The notes under the pieces are model-generated. The model saw only the letters and a program-made list of their open reading frames with translations, was not told where the DNA came from and ran no database searches. From the NCBI RefSeq assembly GCF_040938485.1, contig NW_027271819.1, forward strand, positions 496,001-560,000: 64,000 nt of DNA, read 5' to 3'. This stretch comes from Diadema antillarum. Lineage: Eukaryota. Numbering within the stretch: position 1 is the stretch's first letter; the number at the start of each line of letters is the position of its first letter. Below are positions 49,463 through 63,467 of this stretch, piece after piece. A program made the translations under genes and the position numbers.

Positions 49463-50621
49463 ACACAGCTGTATGTATACACCTGTGTACACGTACTCGT
49501 GTGCACTTTACGTGGCGCGCGTCCTTTTAGAAACCGGAAACGCATGGTTGCGTAACCGCAGTAGGGCGACCTAAAGGGCTTTCAAAACAGCTTTGCGTTT
49601 ATCAACGGCTGCGTTTATCAACTCCTTTTCTCGGCAGAAACAGGTTATCCAAACAGCTTTCAAGGAATTTTTACGAGTTGATAAACACAAAGCTGTTTTG
49701 AAAGCCCTTTAGGAAAGCCTTTTACGAAAGGGTGCGTTTATCAACTCTCCTTTCTCGGCAAACCTGTTTGTAAAAGCCTTTCGAAAGCTGTTTTGAAAGC
49801 CCTTTAGGTCGCCCTACTACGGTTACGCAAGCATGCGTTTCCAGTTTCTGAAAAGACGCGCGCCACGTAAAGTGCCCGCGAGTACGTGTACACAGGTGTG
49901 AATACAGCTGTGTGTAATGCACGCATATGCTTGGAACAAGGAGGTGTTTCTCTCACCAATAAGGTTTGAGAAATAGAGTAACAACAGTCTCATTCCCTTC
50001 GATCCCATGTCTCATGCCGCCACTCAGAAATATTTGAAGTACATTGTATGTGCTAAACTGGAGCTACCTCATAGATAGGAAGACAATTGATTCATGTGGC
50101 ATTGTATCATGACTCGTCACTCTCAAAGGAAGATATGTCTTTATGATGGTAATTGCTTTTCGCCGTCCCGTCTTAGAAAACAAGCGGCACATTAATAGTA
50201 CAGGCAGTCAGGGCTTTGGAAAGGGCTCTCGAAAGGGCTATGGAAAGGGCTATGGAAAGGGCTATCGAAAGTTGATAAACGCAGCCGACGAAAACAAGCG
50301 GCACATTAATAGTACAGGGAGCAGACAGGGCTTTCGAAAGGGCTATGGAAAGGGCTATCGAAAGGGCTATCGAAAGGGCTTTTGAAAGTCGTTTAAACTG
50401 GGGAAAGTTGATAAACGCAGCCAACTTCGAAAGGCTTTTACAAACAGGTTTCTGATAACCTGTTTAGGAAACCTGTTTGGATCGTCACAAATTTGGGGCT
50501 TTCGAAAAGGCTTTCCTAAAGGGCTTTCAACACAGCTTTGCGTTTATCAACTCGTAAAAATGTCTTGAAAGCTGTTTGGATAACCTGTTTCTGCCGAGAA
50601 AAGGAGTTGATAAACGCTGCC
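48933..50621. mobile_element. Second copy of the fold-back Harbinger-like element (partial extra left arm at 47961-48490)
   Basis: Near-identical to 38729-40420, at the same insertion site. Confidence 0.8.
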
Positions 50622-51516
50622 TAAGATGTATCTTCGTATAAAACGTTGTTATTGTTCCCTGACCTATAAAAAAATACGAGTCCTGATGGTCTCCCCAAAT
50701 ACTGTAGAATATCCATCCATTTAATCGGTGCTCGGTATACTTTATTCTAATGACAAGTTCAATATCATTATTTCAATCGGACATACCACTATCTTATTAG
50801 CTCGTGTGTTTGTGATTCATTTACTTAATTATAATTAAATGATTTCAGTGTTTTAATTAATTTTTTGTCCTTGTGACCAATTCATCTACAGATATCATAG
50901 TCATCTTGTATGTTATCCTGGTATAATCTTCATCTGAATTGTTTTCAATAACATTCCTGAAAAAGAATATCTGCCAGGATTTTTCTTTCGCACTTGGGCG
51001 CATCATTTGTGGATGCGTTTTGCGTGAGTGTGTGTGTGTGTGTGTGTATGTGTGTGCGTGTTTGTGCATGAGTGTGTGAATGTGTGTTTGTAGTTATGAA
51101 TAAGACTATGGGTGTGTGTCTATAATTAGTATACTTATCATGACTTGTGTATATGTGTTAAGAGTCATGTGGGCGTTGTTTCTAAAATGTTTGAGTGTAT
51201 GGTTAAAATGTTTCTACCTTCCTAAATGATTCTTTCATGATTTAATTACATTTTAGGAACATTATGATAATGTTATAATTATGTTTTTCCTGTTTATGGG
51301 TTTGTGTTTTTTTTTTCAAAAATACCAATCTGACTCAAACTGCAGGTGACTGACGGAAATTGTATGTCAAATCAGAATTTGCACAACTCTATTAATTCTA
51401 ACTTGTTTCTCAGGACCGCGATGCAAATCAGAATATAGATTACATAATCATTTATATCATATTATTGTACTTTACACCTGAATCAACTTCCACACGTCCA
51501 TCAGCGTGTTCACCCT

Positions 51517-51547
<31 letters not shown>

Positions 51548-53204
51548 ACACAGCTACACTCGCATAATCACACTCAATATTCTAAGTTCCAGGCCCGAAC
51601 AATCATTCTCGTAAGGAACTTTTGACATGAGTTATAGGTTTAAATGATGATACTTTACTCAAAGTTATCAACCTACAGAAAATATTAGAACATAATTTTG
51701 CGAGATTAATAACATTTTTACAACTACTTCAAATCAAATTTGTTAGGCCTATTTGTTAATCATGGGCATGTCAGTCATATACTGCGAACCACATCGCCGC
51801 AGACCTGATGAATAACTTAAGCTTTAACTCACTAGAATTCCCAACTACAAAGCAGGAATTCTAATCATTAGGATTACATTCTACCTCCTCTACCGGAAAG
51901 AACACAGTATCCCACAGTGTGTTCAAATAGTCGATTATGTGAAAACGCTCGAATCAACAGTGTAAAGATGATTTCACAATGTGGTGTGCTTTTCACAGAG
52001 TGTTCACATAGTAATGCTTTGTTTCACACTGTGAATTGACGACTCACATTGTGTTCAATGCTCGAATTTGACAGTGTGATAAGATTTCACAGTATTTTCA
52101 CACTGTGTTCACACTGTGACTCTCACACTATATGTGGGACACTGTGTTATTTCCAGAAGGGTCTCTTCAACATTTTACTTTTTCTGCAATTGGTTATACT
52201 GTACCGTATGTGCCCCCACAAAAAAGGAAATAAAAAGAATACAACATGACCCCCGGCATCGATAACTTTAAAAATGGTGAATCAATCTAAATTTCAGGGT
52301 ATGAAAGAATAAGTTATTTCCCACATTTTACAGAAAACTCCATCCGATTTGCTTCAGTGGTCGAAGAGAAATGAGGATTATTGTAGAACATGTCAGGAAT
52401 CCCTTAATTCCCTCCAAGCTCTGCCCAGTCTTTTCACACATAAATATGGAGTATGAGAGCATCCAAGTGAATAACATGAAAGAAACAGACCCAGTGATTT
52501 AAAAGTGACTAACAAAAGACATTGCGAGGGAACATGCAAGTTATGCTGAGTCGAGGTGAAAATGCATTCCAATGTCTTTTGTGAAACATTTCAGTACTTT
52601 AGCAATGAATGACAGATGATGTCATCTGAGGAATATTGATTTGGAAGGATTTTTTTGTGGGCGTTCCCAAGTAATCTGCATAACAATAGAAGACAAAAAA
52701 GTGGAATGTTTCTAGATATTCGTTTCACCTCAAAAGTGATGTTAAGGGTATCATAAATCAACACAAATCAGCATGCATTAAGATTTCAGGGGCCCTTACC
52801 ATGCTTACAGAGGAAGTGGGAGAAAAATACCCATCCTTCCACGCCTTTGCTGCGCATGATCCTGGACCCTCTTCCAAACCCGCACTGACTGGGCTTACAG
52901 CATTTATCCTGTCGCCGATGCGGCAAAGAACATTCTGGATCTCTATATGCGCTATTATACACATTCAAACTTGAGTCAACCTTTCGCATGCTGACTCTTG
53001 TGGCATTGTGTTCTTTACTGTATTCATTTACCATCCATGTCCGTGAAACACATTGCTGTTACCCACGTTTCACTGAAGTGCCTCCATTTCCAGGGTACTG
53101 TCTTTATTGATAAGAGCTCAACGACAAACTACTGGAGACTGTCGGTAACGGTCGATTTATGAGATCAAAAGGCTGATTGAAGGGAGTAGAACTTTCCATG
53201 AGAA

Positions 53205-53207
53205 ATG
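53205..53207 (+). CDS. NAT: NAT copy 6 start-codon exon; coding exon expected just beyond the window
   Basis: GAGAAATG|GTGAGT. The downstream intron is colinear with the copy 5 intron up to the window end (64000 corresponds to 46325). Confidence 0.6.
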
Positions 53208-55902
53208 GTGAGTAATTTGTCAAATCTGGCTCTTAAATCGTCGGCGTTTTCACGAACCGACACTATATCGTTTTTGAGCGAAAATGCAGTTCTGAGAAAA
53301 TCGCGTTTAAAGATCTCACAAGTTTTAGACAACGTTATCAATGACTTTTCCTGTCTTGTGTGTGAAAATTTTGACAGGGTGATGAGAGTGGAAGTTGTTC
53401 TTCATATCCATAGTGTAATTTTAGTGTGAATTCAAAAAATCTACGAGATTTCTGTCTTCGAACTCACTGCGTCGGTTCGTAAATCCATCGTTTCTTGCGC
53501 GCACCATAGGCTATGTACTTAAGCGCGGGTCTCACGAACCGACGTAAGTTGTATTACGCCGGTTCGTGAGACCCGCGCTGTAGGGCCTGTACAATAGGTA
53601 ACGTGCAATACGCGTGTATTTACGAACCGTCGCTATTTCATTTTCGTATGTGTTTACATACAAATACTATTGGGGCTATACCTGCTTATCAACAATAACC
53701 TTATTAATTGAAATTAATTGTCATGTAATGATTGTTGTGATGATTACAATACATTTAGTGATAATTAAGATGATAATACAAGCCAGTTTCTCTTAATTGT
53801 TCTAAAAAAAGAGTGTTATTGTTTTCATCTTCATTTAGTACACGCATGTATTGTTATTATAGCTGTGGTTGATCGTTCCAAAGATTTCTTTGCCCCCCCC
53901 CCCCCCTTTTTTGTGGATATATTATTTAACACTTTTGCACGTGGACATCTATCATTTGGTAATACATGTACTCGGTATACTGTGTTTCATATTTTTTTAC
54001 TTTTTACTTTTTTTTTAACTTTTTTAACTTACTTTTTTATTTTTTCACATTATTTTTAATTCAAATTCAGTTCACTTCTTTCATAATAATTATGAATGTT
54101 TGTTCTAAGATGAAGGATACCGCTAAATCTTGGGAAAAAGACGTGCCAGTCAGTAATAATTACTTGTATTTACTCATCTTTCATACTCATGCATGCACTC
54201 TGTTATTTCTTTCTCTGAAATAATCTATTAATTTCTTTATTTCTTATTATTCCACATATTTGTGACATTTACTTTGTCACAATTTTTATCAGTGTCATTA
54301 TTGTCATTTGGCTCGCATGCGAATTCACTCATAATTCCTCATTTTCCATCTTTCTCTTTCCTGCTCAACAGATTCTATGATAGCTGCACCTGATCATATA
54401 AAAACATAAAACTCATCCTGCATGCACTCTTCGAAACTGATAAACTCCTAAAAATACATAAATATCAACACTATCAGAATTTCAAGCTTCATTTTAAATA
54501 TTTAATAATGGTCATGTTTAATTATGCCTTTTGCAGCAATATATTGAAGAGGTACATTATGTAATCGAAGAAACATAGGTCCTCAATAAAATATCAAATT
54601 TGAATTATTCAGAGATGAGTAATGACAATGGGAAGGATAACAATTGTGGAAGAGCTCCATAAATCAATACATATCTAATGGCAAATGGAGATGGAATCAA
54701 GATTCAAGAATATGTGTAATTCAAGTTCATTATTATGTCAGTTCTTGTGTGTTCACAAAAAGAGGAACACAGTTCGAACATGCACACCAAATCTTACATC
54801 GTACATTTACATCTATAGAGTGCGGACGGAACATATACAAGAGAAAGAATAACATTCTCAAATCAATATATCAAGCATAACTATGTATATGAACACAAAA
54901 AGATGTTGCTGCGTATGCATGAAGCTTGAGAGTGCTGCAACACCCATATGCTCAGATAAAAACTTGATGTATATCATACAAAAGAGAAGAGGTACTGCAT
55001 GTACATGTAGTTACACTATTCACAGGACAGTAGAGAAAAAGCACGAGAGAGAGAAGGAAATGGGTGTCTAAAATAGGTCGATGTAAGGAGTGCCAAGCCA
55101 ATTAAGTCTCTAATAGAAGTCATACATATATAAGGAAACAAATTAATCACAACATAAATGATCGTGCTCATGTTAACCAATAATTAGCATCTAAAAATGT
55201 GTGTAGAAAGCCCATAATATCAGCCTTTCGCCCCGTAGGCTTGTTACATATGAGAAAAGAGAAATTTTGGCCGACCCCCCCCCCCCCTCCCTGTGAATCC
55301 TTGATCCACCAGTACTACATGTATAAACACATTCTGAGAATGTGTTTTAGTACATGTACTAGCAAATTCACCAGAGGGGTGGGGAAATTCGGCCAAAATT
55401 GTGTGTGGCTAAAATAATTAAAAAGAAAGGTCATCAGCAAAACTACGGGGTGGATGCAGACGAATTTTCATGTGATGACTAAAAAAAATGCAGCTAAAGG
55501 AAAAAAAAAGACGGCGGAGAGGGGCCAAGGCTAATTTGACTCCCCTCCCCCCCCCCCCCCCCCCCCCACCAAAAAACAAACAAACAAACAATCACCACTG
55601 TTTTACAGCACCTTTAAAGGACTCTTAATTTTTTGTTTGTTAAAAACAAACGTCTCGAAGTAAAGAATTCCATATTGTAGGCAAAATGTAGACCGATACA
55701 GTGTATAAAGTGTACATCCCAAGCTATTAAAGAAAAAAAAAAACAGATTATGAATATCATTTAAAGTAAGAATTTCAGTGTGTTTAATCATCTTTAGTTG
55801 AGTTGCAAATGACATGTACATATTTAATAAGAGCAGTAAACTTCGAAGCGCCCCCAAGCCCTTCTATACTTAATTATTCATGTGTAAAGGTAGCGCCAGG
55901 GC

Positions 55903-55975
55903 ACTTCGGTGGTCTAGTGGTTATGACGCTGGTCTAGTAATCCAGAGGTCGTGGGTTCGAATCCTGCTTGGGCTG
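55903..55975 (+). pseudogene. tRNA-like sequence (Thr-AGT-like anticodon loop); tRNA pseudogene or SINE head
   Basis: A-box TGGTCTAGTGG, anticodon loop CTAGTAA, B-box GGTTCGAATCC, and an oligo-T tract at about 55983. Acceptor and T stems pair poorly. Confidence 0.6.
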
Positions 55976-56789
55976 CCTGTGATTTTTTTTTTTCACAGCA
56001 GCCTACAAACTGCACACTGCAGTTGCGTGCGTTACTACGGATGGAGACAAATGAATAATCTATTATTTTAATATACAATGTTTGACATCCTTATTGCAAT
56101 CACTTTCTTTAATTGTAAATTTAGAGACATAATGAATTATTATTAAAAGAAATCATATTTCTGTATTTTGTTGTGAGTTTGCATGGGAACATACACGTAT
56201 CATAATTTACAATTTTAGTTAAATAAAGAACATCTTATAACAGAACTGTCTAGTGATGGTTGAATAATTATGTCAATTTGTTATAAGTCCTATCAGTTAC
56301 ATGGAGTGCATGTTCCCATGTTTATAAGAATCATACGTGACACATTCAAAGTGGGTTGAAGACAACAAAATAATAAATAAAAGAATAAAGGAGAATAGAA
56401 CTTAATCTGATTACAGCATCATCTAAATATTGCCAATGTGCACTTAGAAATCTATCAAGATTTATCACAAGGTTATGATTACCACACAAAACCTTCAAGA
56501 TTTATTATCATGAAATACATACCAATGAACACTTAAAAAAATCTAACATTCCATATCCACATGAAGCTTTCCTTGATATAAATGTCTCTCTGTAGTGTTA
56601 TTAAAGTGTAGCAAAATTGTAATTACGACATCACAGAATGGAATGCATTGTTTTCACCTTCAATCTTAGGATCTCCTTTCATGTTTCCACTTTACAATCA
56701 CATTTCACTATAGATATACCGTCCTTATGTTGTCGCCCTTCATCCCAATTTCTCCCTTCTATCCTATCTGTAGATTGTCTTCTTTCCTA

Positions 56790-57895
56790 AGCCATTGTAT
56801 TCACATTCCTTGATGATCAGCACGATGCTGTACTTTTTTCTTCTTCTCTGAAACAGTCCAGCTCTTCGCTACTGCATGGCATCAGTCATCTGAAAGAAAA
56901 GACAGAAATTAAGAACTTTCGATTAAAATCAAACATCATGATACAAGATACAACTGTCATTTTGAGAAAAAGAAATCAGCCAACTAAACTGTAGTTGAAA
57001 TTATTTTGCTCTATTTATATTAAACATAAAACAAAACGGTATACAGGATCAAAGAATGTCAAAAAAATACTGCTGTTCGTCTTTGATGCATATTCAAATT
57101 GTCTCGCCTTTTACATATTTTAATGATGCAAGATCTTATGTCTAGCACTTAGTAAGTCTCATGTAGAATTTAAATTATTATTCACATGAATAAATCTACA
57201 TGTCCTTGTAAACAAGGCATTGCTTTGAAAAAGCTGAATATTACTAACTGCATTTGGGAAACAGTCTACGACAATCAAACTTGTTTATTATCAGAGACTT
57301 TAACATCTTAATTAGACCTAGACTCTACATTACCATTGTATTCACATCCGTTGGTGATGTACACGACCCTGTACTTTTCCTTTTCTTTTCTGAGACAGTC
57401 CAGTTCTTCGCTACTACATGGCACCAGTCATCTGAAAGAAAAGAAAGAAATTAAGAACTTTTGATTAAAATCAAACATCATGGTACAAGATACAACTTTA
57501 ATTTTGAGAAGAAAAAAAAAATCAGCCAACAAAACTGAAGTTGAAATTATTTTGCTCTATTTATATTAAACATAAAACAAAATGGTAGGCCTATGCAGGA
57601 TCAAAGAATGTCAAAAAATGCTGCTGTTCGTATTTGATGCATATTCAAATTGTCTCGTCATTTACACATTTTACTGATGCAAGATATTATGTTTAGCACT
57701 TAGTAAGTCTCATGTAGAAATTGAATTATCATTCACATGAATATAAATCTACATGTATTTGTAAACACGGCATTGCATTGAAATAGCTGAATATAACTAC
57801 ATGTACCTGCATTTGGGAAACAGTCTATGACAATCAAACCTGTTTCTTATCAGAGACTGTAACATCTTAATTAGACCTAGACTCTACATTATCAT
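56790..57895. repeat. Diverged tandem duplication of about 550 bp inside the Sola1-like element
   Basis: AGTCATCTGAAAGAAAAG at 56884 and 57426; GACTCTACAT at 57321 and 57880. Confidence 0.85.
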
Positions 57896-60277
57896 TCAGC
57901 TTTTAAAGGTATTAACCATTCACCTATAAAACACTGGCATTGTCATGTGCATCATATTTCTTTGATACTGCACATATTTTCATGAAGTCTGTGCAAGAAT
58001 GCAAATGAAACACGTCTGCTGTTTGGTATTTATGAAAAAAAAAATATCACTAACCCGGAAGTCCTTGGCCTTAGGAATAACACGTGGCGAGTTAGTAGGA
58101 ATTGACGTTAAAATAGAATAAGAATAGATCTACTAAATAGGCCTTTGCCTCATGAATGTCTGGTCTAATTATAGACTAAGTGAAGTCTAGACCTTTCACT
58201 TTTAAGTTACCAGTGGCACACAGAATTTATATTATAGATCTAGACTACATCTAGATCTAGACATCTAATACTATTAGATCTTGGCAACTTTTGTCTTTGT
58301 GACACGAAATTAACACGTCACGGATGATATTGCGGCGATATCCAACAGGATGACAGTACCACTATTACTGAATCAGTAAGTTGACATAGATAACTAACAT
58401 CAACTTGTTAACGTACGTTAGAGATGGCACCATTATACAATAACCGGTGACACTGACACTGACAGATCTAACGACTACGTTTAGACTAACGTTAAAGAGT
58501 TAGACTCGCCATCTCAGTAAGTCGGCCAAAGACAAAGTCAATACAGGGCTAAGTCAGTGTTACTGTTATGTTAGGCCTAACAAACGTTAACGGTTGCTCG
58601 GTTAGGTTAGGTTTACCAGGACTCAAGAGTCCTGGTTAAATCAGTCGAGGGACATTTCTTAGAAGTCCTTCGATTCCAAGAATAAAAAGGGTGAAAGAAC
58701 AAAGGGAAAAAAGGAAAGAAGAAAGGACAAAAGATTATGTATGGCTGCTGTGGAAATCGACAGCGCTACTGTATCACTATCAATCACGCGTAAATATGTA
58801 AACGCCATTTGGTTGGGCCGCATTCACAAGTTTTAGGGAAAAAAAGCCCCACCGCTGTGCTTCAAAGGTACTCCACTCGAACTAACGTTAGACATAATGT
58901 CACATATCTACACACAGTACGGTACTAGGGCTGAATTCACAAGTATACTAACACTGCACTGTACAGGAAAGCCACCTAACCTGTAAACTACTCGTAGTGT
59001 TTAGGTAGTATCACTAGACCACATACTGTCATAGATGACATCTACACCAACGCTGCACACTGGCACTGGTCCGACGGTCCCTGACCAGGAAAAATCACTG
59101 TTGGACACTGACCAGTAACTTTTTCAGGAATGGACCAGTAAAAATTTGGGGAAAAAATGGGTGGACTCTACCTACTATTACCACTAGTCTAGATGTAGAT
59201 CTAGAGCTAGACTATAGACTCTGTGTTAATTTGACTTGGTCTTAGACTTCAGCTGATCTTAGTTTTAGTAACTGGTATTACAAGTAAAGTCTTAACTTAG
59301 ACTTAATAGTTAAACTTGAAAGTTAAAGTCTAACATGTCTAACTTTATTCTTTACTCTTCCTTTGAGTTTTACTTTTAGACTTTTTACTTTTTGTTTAGT
59401 TCAGTAGGCCTACTTAGTCAATCTCATGATTTCATTTTCAACTCAAGTCAAGGCATAGCCATGAGTGTCTTCGAGACTTTGACATCTTGCATGTCTTGCA
59501 CACAGACGTTACGACTACAGTACTCAGTAGTCTCAGAAGTAACGACATAAGTTGAAAAGAAACTATAAATAATATGATTTGGGATCTAATTTGAAATTGG
59601 ATGGCGTTTACAGACTAAGCTTCATAAGCATCACGCGATTGAATACATGGGACTACACTCTACCGCAATTAATGGTTATGGTAGTCCAACTGAAACTGTT
59701 ATTTTGAGCATGATTTTAATAGGATTATAGCTTACCATTCACTTCACTCGTGGACAGTGGGCTGGCTTAGGTCGTCATTCATCTTTCAGAAGGTTTGGTT
59801 CTCACTCTGAGATCTGGATTAGGGCCAAAACCTAATTCTAGGCCAGTAAGTTGAACAAAGCTCAAAATAATGCAACTGCGACGGTTCGTAAAACCCGCAT
59901 TGCTCTTCACCCTAGCAATTCGGGTTTCACGAACCGGCGTATCTTTCCTGCGTCGGTTCGTGAAACCCCTTTTTCTCAATTTCTCGATATTTCGAGTACC
60001 GTCGTTTTTTTCTTTCTTTGATAAAATTAAGACTAATTAATTTTGTGATCTAAAATTTGGGGATTTGGTAGAGTTTTGAAAGCACTTTCATTTGGTACCA
60101 ATATCTCGATTTTGAAAATTTTGACCAAAATCGAAATAGCGTCGGTTCGTGAAAACACCGACGAAATGAGTCTATGGAGATGTCTTTTAAAATTCAAATG
60201 AGTTGTTATTGTCTTAATAGGGCCTATTCCTTTCTTGTTTAGATAACATCTTGGTATCTGCAAATTGAAATCAGGTA

Positions 60278-61119
60278 GGGGAGAGCGGGGTGAGTTGGGA
60301 CGCGGGTCAAGTGGGACACGTCCTCTGAATCAAAAACTGTTCAACCAATCAGCGATTGGCTAATATCTACAATAAGTCCCTAGCAACCATACATCACATT
60401 AAGAAAGCCATGCAGTTCGGCAAATTCTAAGTGTGCATAAATTGCTATTGAAAATTTTCCCCCAAATATGATTTTTTTTTTTTTAAATCAGGTTAATTAA
60501 CCTGTTGTCTTTGTATTCATGATTTCAAGGGCACAATTGAAGCTGGTGGTGAGCCTTATTGATATGCAACTAATATAACTTGTTTTTGACAAATGCCTGC
60601 ATGGTTACTGAGCAGTTGTACATATCTATGTATATGCCATGTGAGGGACAGTTGGGACAACGTGTCCCATTTGTCCCTCATAATAGCATTACATGTAAAA
60701 CAGTTCAGATTTTCAAACATGTTGTTCAAACTTGTTTTGTTGAAATAAAGATCATTTTAAAGCATGTTTGACTGTTTTCATTACCAATGTTTCATTACGC
60801 CTTCAAACTTTGACTTTTCCGACATGTTTATAGGATGTCACACTTTACCCCACTTTACCAACACCGTCCCATTTCTCCCTTGCCGTTGTCCCACTTTACC
60901 CACGGGTGGGTCAACTTCTCCCCCAAAATAAGGTTTTTTCTTTTCATTAACTGCAGAAAATTGAGAACAGTGCCACCCCCAGTTTATAGCTCTTTATGTA
61001 ACCTACCGTATGAACCTTCATGCAAGCCCGCAAGGAAATGTAATCATCTCTTTTATAAAAAGATATCAGAAGAAAATCGGCGAACTTGAAATAATGTCCC
61101 ACTTCTCCCCGCTCTCCCC
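60278..61119. mobile_element. 842-bp MITE with TA target duplication (probably Tc1/mariner superfamily)
   Basis: TIR GGGGAGAGCGGGG...TGGGAC / GTCCCA...CCCCGCTCTCCCC, TA at 60276-77 and 61120-21. Empty site CAGGTACGTC at about 43128. Confidence 0.8.
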
Positions 61120-61352
61120 TACGTCAGTGAATAATAATGAAGTCCTATTTACCCAGGGTAGACTCTTCAGTGTTGCCACTGCTCTCCCAGAGGGCCCTGC
61201 CATTGTTATTACCCTAGCGTTGCCAGGCACCCATTTATACACCTGGGTCGAGAGGGACATGGTGGGTTAAAACACCTTGTCCAAGGAAGTAAGCGCTGGG
61301 CTTGATTCGAACGGTCGAATTCGGGTCCGCAGGTCGGGAGTCGGGAGTCTCA

Positions 61353-62441
61353 AGGGGCGATCACACATTGCCGGTTTAGATGGCGGTTCATGGCGGTTCT
61401 CAAACCGCCATGAACCGTGTCTCAACGATGGCGGAAAGCACTTGAACGCAATGTAACTACGTTCTCAACACGTTTTGAACACGGCGCTAACGCGGATTCG
61501 CGCGTTAGTAAGACGGATCTCCCCGAAGGGTGGAGGAGTCCATACCAAGCCCTTGTAGTTGGATGCAATCTGAGCCCTTTCACTCGTCTTCAGTGGGTTA
61601 CTAAGGAGGTATTGCTTTGTTAGGTACAAAAAGATAATTTCAAAAGAAATTGAGAAGAATTGAAACACCCTGTATATTTACAGATTGACATAAGTGATGC
61701 AATAAGCAATTGTGTTTTTTTTTTCAAGTTTCAACATCGCTTTTCCCTCTAGTCTCTTAAGTTTCAACATGTCTGTATCAACATGTACTCTTACAAAAAG
61801 GCATACATAATCTCGAAAGCAGAACCCAACATATTTACATAAGTCTTCCGTGTATAACTTACAGGTTCACGTAGCTGGCCATCTTTTAAGCTATCAAGCT
61901 TTAACAAAGTTATGCACACGGCTTTTAAAGTAACTGATGTACTTTTCAACAAACCTACTAACTTTTTGAATATCAAATTTTCTGTTTTACTCTATGTGTT
62001 AAAATAAAAGAGTGATAAAACTTTAGCATTCAATACAATATTTACCCGATCTAGCATTACGGGTTTATCTTTGCTTTTTTCCCCATTTTTTTATTGCTCC
62101 TCAACGAAGTGTCGCAGGAGGCATTATTCTCTTTTAAGTTCAACATTTGATTTTGCATGAAAAGTTATGGCGGTGTTGACACGGTATTTTCATGGATCTT
62201 GCGGTGCAAACACGGAGGAGCCGATCTTTACACGGTGGAAGGCGTTTAGAACACGGTCCATTTCAAACCGCCAAGACCGCCACGAAAAATTAAACATGTT
62301 TAATTTTTCTGGCGGTTCTCCGCGGTTCCCAGGGTTTATGGCGGATGAGTGACGGATGACCACGGTTTGTGTACGGTGTGAACACGGCTTTTCCGAACCG
62401 CCATGAACCGCCATTTAAACCGGCGATGTGTGATCGCACCT
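61353..62441. mobile_element. Second copy of the Harbinger-like element (1089 bp) inside the split SINE 61155-62482
   Basis: Same TIRs and same TCA/TTA flanks as 43365-44759. 306 bp shorter owing to an internal deletion between AAGTTTCAACAT repeats. Confidence 0.8.
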
Positions 62442-62899
62442 TTACCCACTATGCCACTATGCCACTACGCCACCGCGCCCCCGGGTACAGAGAAATATTA
62501 GAAGTAGTAAGAAGCAAAAGAAACGGAGGGACCTGCTTAAAAAAAAAAAAATACAAAAGCATATTTGAACTTTGTACTATGTTGTTCTGTTATTTACCCA
62601 GCGGAACAATTGTGTTTTAAACCTTTGATCAGCTACAGACTAAAGGTCAACGATTATGAATATGTTGATACGTTCAGACTTATCATATGCGTCACAATGA
62701 CTTATACATGCAAATTAGTTCAGTTGATAGTTCTTTGCATATCTTCGTTCCATCAGCACACAAATATCTATTTTTTTTCTTTTGTAACATGGAAATGAAA
62801 CCCCACATCATAATCTCTTCTTTCATGTCAATCATGAAGAGATGTAGTCGCTGCAGAGCTGCGATAAATAACCCGACGGCGATTTCTAGAGGTGGTTAA

Positions 62900-63467
62900 A
62901 GGACAAGTTCACCTTCATAAACATAAGGATTGAGAGAATGTAGCAATATTAGTAGAACACATCATTGAAAGTTTGAGGAAAATCGGACAATCCGTTCAAA
63001 AGTTATGAATTTTTGAAGTTTTTGTGCAGTAACCGCTGGATGAGAAGACTACTGCAGTGTGTGAATAACTTAGATGTCACATGCGTACAACAATATAAGG
63101 AAAATATAAAGAGAATTTCACAAAATTTCATCTTTTGAAAAAAGTACACATTCCCCCGACTCGTTACCGACAAATGTTATGGGTAATATTATTCCCCCTG
63201 CCTTTAGAAAGAGGCAAGTAAAGTGCTCTTTTATTATGCGCAAAAAGTGAAAATATGTTGAATTTTCTTTACATTTTCTTTATGCTGTTGTACGCATATG
63301 ACTCACAAGCTGTAGTAGTCTCCTCATCCAGCGGTTCCAACACAAAAATTTTAAAAGTTCATAACTTTTGCATCGATTGTCCAATTTTCTTCAAACTTTC
63401 ACTGATGTGTTCTACTAATATTGTTGCATTCTCTCAATCCTTATGTTTATGAAGGTGAACTTGTCCT
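62900..63467. mobile_element. Second copy of the 568-bp Kolobok-like MITE
   Basis: TTAA TSD (62896-99 / 63468-71), same site as 45222-45789. Confidence 0.85.

Larger units (their letters stand above)
53239..60163. mobile_element. 6925-bp TIR DNA element, Sola1-like by target site, non-autonomous
   Basis: TIR CGTCGG(C/T)GTTTTCACGAACCGAC (about 32 bp with mismatches), 4-bp TSD AAAT (53235-38 / 60164-67), empty site CTTAAATGAGTC at about 43017. No long ORF. Confidence 0.75.

Noticed and set aside
53205-53429. 74-aa ORF starting at the copy 6 ATG
   Set aside because: It is read-through from the start-codon exon into the intron and the transposon TIR.
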